Shown: positions 1-7,184 of the stretch, piece by piece
Position numbering within the stretch: position 1 is the first letter of the stretch
Layout of the letters: each line of letters opens with the position of its first letter
Source of the DNA: Dehalococcoidales bacterium
GTDB lineage: Bacteria; Chloroflexota; Dehalococcoidia; Dehalococcoidales; RBG-16-60-22
Assembly: GCA_034430375.1 (NCBI GenBank)
Contig: DAOUER010000075.1
Span: forward strand, 2,027-66,026
Reading direction: 5' to 3'
DNA: 64,000 nucleotides
The notes under the pieces: generated by a model
Seen by the model: only the letters and a program-made list of their open reading frames with translations
What the model was told of the DNA's origin: nothing
Databases searched by the model: none
Position numbers and translations under genes: made by a program

Positions 1-186
1 GCGTCTTTCAGCAACACGGGTTCGCCGGTGCTTACGATGATATGGCACCACTGGCTCTTCAAGACAGGCATCGAGGTAGTGGCCACGCCGGCCACCTACG
101 CTATCGTCAACTGGCTAAAAAAGAGTGAAGGAATCGACACCTACGATTACAAGACCAGGTACAATCCTTTTAACGTAACGGGATAG
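1..186 (+). CDS. 3' end of a membrane protein, possibly a YhhQ/VUT-family (queuosine-precursor transporter-like) protein; truncated by the window edge
   Basis: Frame 1 is open from base 1 to TAG at 184-186 (...TPATYAIVNWLKKSEGIDTYDYKTRYNPFNVTG*). The C-terminal tail resembles YhhQ/DUF165 ends, recalled from memory only. Confidence 0.4.
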   Translation, partial: ASFSNTGSPVLTMIWHHWLFKTGIEVVATPATYAIVNWLKKSEGIDTYDYKTRYNPFNVTG

Positions 187-204
187 CAATGGAGGAGGTT
201 TGGA

Positions 205-420
205 ATGAGTATATTTGTGCAATTGGCTTCATTTCAGAGTATAAGCGGAAAATTTGATGAAAAAAAGGATTCGCAACGTATCAATGAAATCTTGAGCAAG
301 TTACGAGAGAAAGGGGCAAAAATCGAAGGAATAAGTGCCAGTATCGGTGGTTCCGGAGGAGCGAACGCCACCGCTATATATTTAATAACTTATGAAGCCA
401 ACGCCTCCATAGAAATTTGA
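205..420 (+). CDS. hypothetical small protein (71 aa)
   Basis: ORF-track ORF. GGAGGAGG lies 6 nt upstream of the ATG. No family recognised. Confidence 0.45.
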   Translation: MSIFVQLASFQSISGKFDEKKDSQRINEILSKLREKGAKIEGISASIGGSGGANATAIYLITYEANASIEI

Positions 421-472
421 TACAGGCAACACCGAGATATCAAAATTACTTAAGAGGAAAACCACGACGAAA

Positions 473-1243
473 ATGGATATTACAATACTGGGCGCTCATA
501 ATATAGAGTCGAAAACCACGGGATTGGTTACCCTGCTGTTTGACGATATCCTGGCCATAGATGCCGGGGCGCTTACCTCTAATCTCAGTTTCGATGACCA
601 GCTGAAGTTCAAGGCTATCCTGCTTACCCACCAGCACTACGACCACGTCCGGGATATACCGGCCATCGGTATGAACTTTTTCCTGCACCAGCTAAGTCTG
701 GATGTTTACGGCACGCAGCCGGTGCACGATGCCCTGGCGACTCACTTTCTGAATGGCGTCGTCTATTCCAAGTTCCTGGAAGAGCCCCCCGGAAAACCCG
801 CTATTAATTTCAAATTACTCGAAGCCGGACGGGAAGAAAACATCGGCGGCTACCAGGTGCTGCCGGTGCCGGTAGACCATTCCCAGCCGACGGTCGGTTT
901 TCAGATTAATTCCCCGGAAGGGAAAACCATGTTCTACACATCCGATACCGGCCCCGGTCTGGCAGAAGTATGGCGGCAGGTAGAACCGCAGTTACTGATA
1001 ATCGAGGTAACGGCGTCCAACCAATGGGAGAATACCGCCATTGAGAGAAAGCACCTGACTCCCTCTTTACTACGTCGGGAACTGGCGAGCTTCCGCGATA
1101 TCAGGGGCTATCTGCCCCGGGTAATCACGGTGCATATGAACCCGATCGAAGAGAACGTGATAGAAAAGGAAATTGCCGAAGTAGCCGGGGACTTGAACGC
1201 TGATATCAGCCTTGGCTATGAAGGAATGAGAATACAGATGTAA
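473..1243 (+). CDS. MBL-fold metallo-hydrolase
   Basis: Metallo-beta-lactamase HxHxDH motif (LTHQHYDHVRD) and downstream His/Asp ligand positions. Confidence 0.85.
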   Translation: MDITILGAHNIESKTTGLVTLLFDDILAIDAGALTSNLSFDDQLKFKAILLTHQHYDHVRDIPAIGMNFFLHQLSLDVYGTQPVHDALATHFLNGVVYSKFLEEPPGKPAINFKLLEAGREENIGGYQVLPVPVDHSQPTVGFQINSPEGKTMFYTSDTGPGLAEVWRQVEPQLLIIEVTASNQWENTAIERKHLTPSLLRRELASFRDIRGYLPRVITVHMNPIEENVIEKEIAEVAGDLNADISLGYEGMRIQM

Positions 1244-1294
1244 AGGGGCGGGGAGGGGATTATCGAAGAGATAAGGTTTATCATCGACCATAAC

Positions 1295-1768
1295 GTGGGC
1301 AAACTGACCAAATGGCTGAGGATGATGGGCTTTGACAGCCGGTTCTTCAACGGGAGCGACGATTCCGACATGGTAAGGCAGGCACTTACGGAGGACAGGG
1401 TGATATTAACCCGGGACACAGAAATTATGCTGAGAAGAGTCGTCAAGAACGGCCGTATTAACGCCATCCTTATTTCGAGCGAAATCCCGGAGGAACAGAT
1501 AGTCCAGGTAATAAAAGCTTTTAACCTTACCGATAGCCTGCGGCCTTTCACGCGCTGCCTGGAGTGTAATGCAGAGCTTACCGGGCAAACAAAAGAGGGA
1601 GTTAAAGACCGCGTGCCGCCTTACGTCTTCGGCACGCAGGACCAGTACATGGAATGCCCCACCTGCCGCCGCATTTACTGGCGGGGTACGCACTGGGAGG
1701 CGATGATAGACAGACTGCAGAGGATATTAGGAAATAAAACTGATTATCTTAAGGAGGTATCCTCATGA
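1295..1768 (+). CDS. Mut7-C (DUF82) PIN-like RNase domain protein with C-terminal zinc ribbon
   Basis: KLTKWLRMMGFD... matches Mut7-C. Zinc ribbon is CLECN...CPTCRRIYWRGTHW. The conserved first strand RFIIDHN lies upstream of the GTG at 1295, so the true start is probably non-canonical at 1259-1271 (see findings). Confidence 0.8.
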   Translation: MGKLTKWLRMMGFDSRFFNGSDDSDMVRQALTEDRVILTRDTEIMLRRVVKNGRINAILISSEIPEEQIVQVIKAFNLTDSLRPFTRCLECNAELTGQTKEGVKDRVPPYVFGTQDQYMECPTCRRIYWRGTHWEAMIDRLQRILGNKTDYLKEVSS

Positions 1769-2358
1769 ACGTATACGAAGCCGCCACAAAACGCCGATCG
1801 ATAAGAAGATTCAAAGATAAACCCGTGCCCTACGAGGTACTGGAGAAGTGCGTGGACGCCGCGCGCCTGGCGCCGTCGGGAAGAAACCAGCAGGTATGCG
1901 AATATATCGTTGTCGACGACCCGGATCTATTACCGAAGATGTTCGGTAACATCGGCGGCTCGGTAAAGCTGCCGCCGGAAAAGGGCGGGCCGCGCCCGGA
2001 AAACACCCCCAAGGCCTACACGGTAATCCTGATCAACAAGTCCAGGGAAGGCGATGCCAACCGTCGTACCATCAGCCTTTATGATGTGGCGATGGCTGCC
2101 GAAAATGTCATACTGACCGCCCTGGAAGAGGGTATCGGCTGCTGTCCGGTGATGATGTTCCAATCCGAGGGTATGAAAACTATTCTGAACATATCCGATG
2201 ATTATGATATCGGGCTGGTCATCGTGATGGGCTACCCGGATGAGAGTCCGGTGGCCGAGGTAGCTACGGATTCTATCGACAGCCATGTCGACGAGAACCT
2301 GCAGCGCCATGTCCCCAAGCGTAAGCTGGCGGATGTCCTGCACCGGAATAAACTCTAA
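1765..2358 (+). CDS. nitroreductase family protein
   Basis: N-terminal RRSIRRF...PSGRNQQ motif typical of NADH/FMN nitroreductases. ATGA overlap with the upstream gene. Confidence 0.85.
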   Translation: MNVYEAATKRRSIRRFKDKPVPYEVLEKCVDAARLAPSGRNQQVCEYIVVDDPDLLPKMFGNIGGSVKLPPEKGGPRPENTPKAYTVILINKSREGDANRRTISLYDVAMAAENVILTALEEGIGCCPVMMFQSEGMKTILNISDDYDIGLVIVMGYPDESPVAEVATDSIDSHVDENLQRHVPKRKLADVLHRNKL

Positions 2359-2416
2359 ATCAGTCTTGTTGACCGTAGTATAATATATTGATACACTCAG
2401 TTCATCGGAACTACCT

Positions 2417-3982
2417 ATGAAAATAGTAACGGCCGAACAAATGAAAAACATCGACGGGGAGTGCGCCCGGCAGGGCACACCGTCCAGCGTTCTCATGGAA
2501 AACGCCGGTAAAGCGGTCGCTGAGGAAACACGGAACTTCCTGGGCAGGCTGGAGAGCCGTAACATCCTGTGCCTTATCGGCGCGGGAAATAACGGCGGAG
2601 ACGGACTGGTGGCAGCGCGTTACCTCAACGAATGGGGCGCGAAAGTCAGCGTTTACCTGTGCGCCGGGCGATCCGCTGATGATGAAAATCTAAAGCTTAT
2701 CCGGGATAAAAATATCACCTGCATCGAGGCCGACGACGATGAAAAGCTCGAAATATTCGACGGACTGCTAGCATCGGCCACATGTATCGTTGACGGAATG
2801 CTGGGCACGGGTAAGATGCGCCCTCTTACGGGTATATTCCAGCAGGTGCTGGAAAAGGTAAATAACGCTAAGATAAAGCGTAATATAAGTATCATCGCTA
2901 TCGATATACCGTCGGGCATGGACGCCGACACCGGCGCTGTCGATGACGCCTGCCCAACTGCCAACGTCACGGTGACACTGGCCTTTCCCAAGCCGGGGCT
3001 GTTTAGCTTTCCCGGCGCCGGAAGAGTGGGTTTACTCAAGATAGTCGATATCGGCATAGCGGAATCGCTGGCTAACGATATCTGCCTGGAACTCATCGAT
3101 GATAAATGGGCTAGAACCGCCCTGCCGTCAAGACCGCCGAAAGCTAACAAGGGTACCTTCGGGAAAGCACTGGTAGTAGCCGGCTCTATCAACTATTCCG
3201 GTGCGGCTTACCTGGCCTGCAGCGGCGCCATGCGTGCGGGGGCCGGACTGATAACCCTGGCTATCGCCGAAAGCCTGCAGCCGGTACTGGCCGCCAAGCT
3301 TACCGAAGCTACCTATCTGCCATTGCTGGAAAGCCGGCCTGGTATCATTTCCACCGAGGCGGTCAAGATCATTAACGATAATCACCGGCAATATAATACC
3401 CTCCTGATAGGGTGTGGTCTGGGGCAGGACCCGGCGACCGCCGAGTTTGTAGGCTCTTTAATCGGCCAAGAAGAATTGCCCAGATTAGTGCTGGATGCTG
3501 ATTCTTTGAATATATTAGCGGGGGTCTCAGATTGGTGGGCTCAGGTAAACGATGATGCTATACTCACACCCCACCCGGGAGAGATGAGCCGTTTGTGCGG
3601 ACTCACTATTGAAGATATTCAATCCGACAGACTCAATATTACACAGAAGTTCGCCGCCAAGTGGCGGAAAACGGTCGTCTTGAAAGGGGCTTACAGCATT
3701 ATCGCCGCCGCCGACGGCCGGTGCCGGGTCAGTCCTTATGCCAATCCGGGGCTGGCTTCAGCCGGGACGGGTGACGTACTGGCCGGGATAATCGCCGGGC
3801 TGTCGGCTCAGGGTCTTTCGCCTTTTAACGCCGCTTCTCTGGGGGTATATCTACACGGCAAAACCGGCGAAATGGTGCGGGATATACTGGGAGACACCGG
3901 CATGATAGCCTCCGACCTGCTGACGGCGCTGCCGGTAGTCATCAAGCAGCTAAAAGATAATACCAACTCAGCGGGAGGTTAA
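2417..3982 (+). CDS. nnr: bifunctional NAD(P)H-hydrate repair enzyme (epimerase + ADP-dependent dehydratase)
   Basis: N-terminal YjeF_N (GAGNNGGDG) and C-terminal carbohydrate-kinase-like domain (GPGLG-like ...AGTGDVLAGIIAG). Confidence 0.9.
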   Translation: MKIVTAEQMKNIDGECARQGTPSSVLMENAGKAVAEETRNFLGRLESRNILCLIGAGNNGGDGLVAARYLNEWGAKVSVYLCAGRSADDENLKLIRDKNITCIEADDDEKLEIFDGLLASATCIVDGMLGTGKMRPLTGIFQQVLEKVNNAKIKRNISIIAIDIPSGMDADTGAVDDACPTANVTVTLAFPKPGLFSFPGAGRVGLLKIVDIGIAESLANDICLELIDDKWARTALPSRPPKANKGTFGKALVVAGSINYSGAAYLACSGAMRAGAGLITLAIAESLQPVLAAKLTEATYLPLLESRPGIISTEAVKIINDNHRQYNTLLIGCGLGQDPATAEFVGSLIGQEELPRLVLDADSLNILAGVSDWWAQVNDDAILTPHPGEMSRLCGLTIEDIQSDRLNITQKFAAKWRKTVVLKGAYSIIAAADGRCRVSPYANPGLASAGTGDVLAGIIAGLSAQGLSPFNAASLGVYLHGKTGEMVRDILGDTGMIASDLLTALPVVIKQLKDNTNSAGG

Positions 3983-3993
3983 ACGGATATTAT

Positions 3994-4761
3994 ATGTTGT
4001 TAGCTTTAGACATAGCCAATACCAACATCAAGATAGGCATGTTTGACGGAGATGAACTTCGAGCTACCTGGCGTATTGTTACTTCCGTTCAGCGTACGCC
4101 GGATGAATATGCTGTTACCATACTCAGTTTACTCCATCATCGGGGAATAGACGTAGCCGATATCAAAGAAGGGGCGATAAGCTGCGTTGTCCCTCCTTTA
4201 GTGACCACATTCAACGAGTTATTCCAGAGTTATTTCAAGATTCAACCTCTATTTATCGGGCCCGGTGTTAAAACGGGGGTAAGTATCCGCACCGATAATC
4301 CCCGTGAGGTAGGCGCCGACCTGATTGCCGATGCCGCCGCATCTCTCCATCTCTACAAACTCCCGGTAATCGTGGTGGCCCTGGGGACCGCCACCGCTTT
4401 CGGGACTGTTTCCAGGGATGGTGATTACCTGGGTGGGGTAATTGCGCCGGGTATCGGCATTTCTGCCGAGGCTTTATATACCCGTGCCGCCGCCCTGCCC
4501 CGTTTGGATCTAGTACGCCCAAAAACAGCCATCGGCCCCAACACCGTAGCCGCCATGCAGTCCGGTATTATCTTCGGCTACGCCGGGCTTATCGACGGCA
4601 TCGTAACGCGGATACAGGAAGAACTGGGAGAGAAAGCCACCGTGGTGGCTACCGGGGGTTATGCCGGTGTTATCGCCAATGAAACCCGGACAATCGATGA
4701 AATAAATCCCGATTTAACCTTAATCGGCATAAAAACAATCCACGCCATGAACCGGGAATAG
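3994..4761 (+). CDS. coaX: type III pantothenate kinase
   Basis: MLLALDIANTNIKIG N-terminus and ...ATGGYA... C-terminal motif of CoaX. Confidence 0.9.
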   Translation: MLLALDIANTNIKIGMFDGDELRATWRIVTSVQRTPDEYAVTILSLLHHRGIDVADIKEGAISCVVPPLVTTFNELFQSYFKIQPLFIGPGVKTGVSIRTDNPREVGADLIADAAASLHLYKLPVIVVALGTATAFGTVSRDGDYLGGVIAPGIGISAEALYTRAAALPRLDLVRPKTAIGPNTVAAMQSGIIFGYAGLIDGIVTRIQEELGEKATVVATGGYAGVIANETRTIDEINPDLTLIGIKTIHAMNRE

Positions 4762-4779
4762 TCGGCCAAGGAGAATAAA

Positions 4780-5325
4780 ATGTTAGAAAATAAAACCGTA
4801 GTCCTGGGTATTACCGGGGGCATCGCCGCTTACAAAGCCGCCGACCTGGCCAGCAAGTTGACCCAGGCCGGCGCCAAAGTGGAAACGATTATGACCGAAG
4901 CGGCTACCCGGTTCATCACGCCGTTAACCCTGCGCAATATTACCGGCCGGCCGGTGGTCACCGACATGTTCGAGATGGCTTCCGAGTACAGCGAGGAACA
5001 TATCGCCCTGGCCGAAGCGGCCGACGTGGTTATTATCGCCCCGGCGACGGCCAATACGATAGCTCAACTGGCCGCGGGCATGGCCGACGATATGCTGGGC
5101 TGCGTGGTGCTGGCTACCGAAGCCCCGGTTATCGTCGCACCGGCAATGAACGACGTGATGTACAAGAACGCGGTCACGCAGGAGAATATCGAGAAACTCA
5201 AGGCCAGGGGTTTCCGGTTCATCGAGCCGGAGTACGGCCGACTGGCCTCCGGGAAGATGGGTCAGGGACGCCTGGCAGCGACCGAGACAATAATGAAGTC
5301 GATAGAACAGGCGGCCGGTGAGTAA
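4780..5325 (+). CDS. coaC: phosphopantothenoylcysteine decarboxylase (flavoprotein, stand-alone CoaC)
   Basis: VVLGITGGIAAYKA...PATANTIA...PAMN motifs of the Dfp N-terminal half. Confidence 0.85.
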   Translation: MLENKTVVLGITGGIAAYKAADLASKLTQAGAKVETIMTEAATRFITPLTLRNITGRPVVTDMFEMASEYSEEHIALAEAADVVIIAPATANTIAQLAAGMADDMLGCVVLATEAPVIVAPAMNDVMYKNAVTQENIEKLKARGFRFIEPEYGRLASGKMGQGRLAATETIMKSIEQAAGE

Positions 5326-5962
5326 ACAGGATTTGGTCGGGAAACGTATCGTGGTAACAGCCGGAGGCACCCAGGAGCCGATAGACCCGGTAAGGTATAT
5401 CGGCAACCGTTCTTCGGGGAAGATGGGCTACGCCCTGGCCAGCGCCGCCCGCGACCGCGGGGCTGAAGTTACCCTGATAACCGCCCCCACCGCCTTGTCG
5501 GAACCATCCGATATGAAGATTGTACATATCAGAACGGTGGACGAGATGAGGGAGGCGGTAATGAAAGCGGTAAGCGGGGCTGACGTGCTGATAATGGCGG
5601 CGGCGGTCTCGGACTACCGTGTCGACGGTCCGGCCGACCGGAAAATCAAGAGAGAAAGCGGTAAGATAATCCTGGAGCTGGTGCCGACACCGGATATATT
5701 AAGCGAAGTACCGGACGGTATAATAAAAGTGGGTTTTGCCGCCGAGAGCGAGGACCTGATCATTAACGCCAAGAAAAAGCTGGAATATAAAAGACTCGAT
5801 ATGATTGTAGCCAACGACATTACCGCCACCGACAGCGGCTTCGATGCGGATACGAATAGAGTTTCACTAATAGATAAGACCGGCAAGGTAGAGGAACTGC
5901 CCCTGATGAGCAAGCGAGAAGTGGCGGAGATTATCCTGGACAGGGTGGCGGCGATATTTTAG
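5318..5962 (+). CDS. coaB: phosphopantothenate-cysteine ligase (stand-alone CoaB)
   Basis: VVTAGGTQEPIDPVRYIGNRSSGKMG and AAAVSDY motifs of the Dfp C-terminal half. GTG start overlaps the coaC stop (GTGAGTAA). Confidence 0.85.
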   Translation: MSKQDLVGKRIVVTAGGTQEPIDPVRYIGNRSSGKMGYALASAARDRGAEVTLITAPTALSEPSDMKIVHIRTVDEMREAVMKAVSGADVLIMAAAVSDYRVDGPADRKIKRESGKIILELVPTPDILSEVPDGIIKVGFAAESEDLIINAKKKLEYKRLDMIVANDITATDSGFDADTNRVSLIDKTGKVEELPLMSKREVAEIILDRVAAIF

Positions 5963-6003
5963 GTTAATCTATCGATTTCCCGGCCCCACCACAGGTGATG
6001 CGA

Positions 6004-6050
6004 GGGCGGTCGGGTGGGAAAAGATATCTCAACCGGGGCGGGGGAAACCC
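6004..6050. repeat. G-tract intergenic repeat module (GGGCGG-N-GGGTGGGAAAAGATATCT...GGGGCGGGGGAAA)
   Basis: GGGCGGTCGGGTGGGAAAAGATATCTCAACCGGGGCGGGGGAAACCC closely matches 57491-57536 and, inverted, 18988-19033. Confidence 0.65.
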
Positions 6051-6068
6051 TGAAATACGGAAAAATCC

Positions 6069-6488
6069 ATGATAGTTGAACAGTATAAACCAGAATACGA
6101 AAACGCTGTTATTGAACTATGGGAGAAATGCGACCTGACCCGACCGTGGAACTACCCTGGGCTGGACATAGCTCGCAAGATGAAAGTAAACCCGGAACTT
6201 TTTCTGGTAGGCCAAATCGACGGTAAAATAGTAGCCTGCGCTATGGGCGGCTACGAAGGCCACCGCGGCTGGGTCTATTACCTGGGCGTCGATCCGGAAT
6301 ACCGGCGGCAGGGATTGGGCAAGCAGATGATGGACGCCGTTGAAACCAGGCTCCTGGAGATGGGCTGCCCGAAAATCAACATACAGGTACGTGACGGAAA
6401 TACCAACGCTCTTAATTTCTTCAGTAAAATCGGCTATAGTACAGAGGATAGAATCAGCCTGGGTAAACGACTGATCGAAGATGGATAA
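6069..6488 (+). CDS. ypeA: GNAT family N-acetyltransferase, YpeA-like
   Basis: LWEKCDLTRPWN...GGYEGHRGWVYYLGVDPEYRRQGLG...LGKRLIED tracks E. coli YpeA as I recall it. Confidence 0.7.
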   Translation: MIVEQYKPEYENAVIELWEKCDLTRPWNYPGLDIARKMKVNPELFLVGQIDGKIVACAMGGYEGHRGWVYYLGVDPEYRRQGLGKQMMDAVETRLLEMGCPKINIQVRDGNTNALNFFSKIGYSTEDRISLGKRLIEDG

Positions 6489-6819
6489 TCTGGAAATAAT
6501 AGCTTTCGGATTCCAGCGAAGCATTCCTGAAATAATAGCGTGGAGTATGGGTATTACCCTGGCCATAATCATGCTCCGACGGGGCGGTAAAAAACCGGAA
6601 ATACTGCTGCTGCTCGGATGCATCCTGTTCCTGCTGGCTTCACTTTCATCGCTGATAATCACCAGCCTTATCCAGTGGGGGCATGTGTTTGATATAAGCG
6701 CGGTGGGATACGGGCTTATAATTGCCCTAACCACCGGGTTATTCTCTCTGGTCGGTTTTATATGCCTGGCCTGGGGTTTCTGGACCAGGTTCCGTAAAAG
6801 AGGAGTATCACCACCATGA
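6481..6819 (+). CDS. small multi-pass membrane protein (paralog 1)
   Basis: Hydrophobic segments. Shares IIMLRRGG(K/G)xPE and CLxxxFWxxF motifs with the next ORF. Overlaps the GNAT stop. Confidence 0.6.
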   Translation: MDNLEIIAFGFQRSIPEIIAWSMGITLAIIMLRRGGKKPEILLLLGCILFLLASLSSLIITSLIQWGHVFDISAVGYGLIIALTTGLFSLVGFICLAWGFWTRFRKRGVSPP

Positions 6820-7172
6820 CCGTAACGGATTTTCTATTAATATTGTCAGCTTCAACGCCATCCCTGCTTTTTTGGATCGCCGTTATTGTCCTCGGCATTA
6901 TCATGCTGCGACGGGGCGGCGGTAGACCCGAGCGTTTTCTAATAACCGGAGGTAGCCTCAAGATAATTGCCATCATACTGACAGCGTTATCCCCCTACTA
7001 TCTATTCGGTCGTATGGATAATGTCGATGAAATAGTTTCGGTCTATCACTGGAAGCAGATATTCACCAGTATTATCCATGCCGCCGGTATCACTTGCCTT
7101 ATCTACGCCTTTTGGGTAAAGTTTAATAGTAAAATGAATCATCGGGGTACCATGGCTTTACCCCAGCAATAG
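6816..7172 (+). CDS. small multi-pass membrane protein (paralog 2)
   Basis: Tandem paralog of 6481-6819. ATGA-type 4 nt overlap. Confidence 0.6.
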   Translation: MTVTDFLLILSASTPSLLFWIAVIVLGIIMLRRGGGRPERFLITGGSLKIIAIILTALSPYYLFGRMDNVDEIVSVYHWKQIFTSIIHAAGITCLIYAFWVKFNSKMNHRGTMALPQQ

Positions 7173-7184
7173 AGAGAGGTAATT

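Noticed and set aside
4780-5962. Whether separate coaC and coaB ORFs represent a frameshifted (pseudogenised) fused coaBC/dfp.
   Set aside because: In the coaB frame there is a stop at 5303-5305 just upstream of a GTG that overlaps the coaC stop (GTGAGTAA). This is a clean translational-coupling junction in the inter-domain linker. Separate coaB and coaC genes are known in some bacteria. Both halves look intact.
7173-7184. A T-box leader for valS, and likewise T-box elements in the aro operon leader.
   Set aside because: valS has only a 12 nt spacer from the upstream gene. The aro leader lacks the T-box consensus, and the leader-peptide model explains it better.
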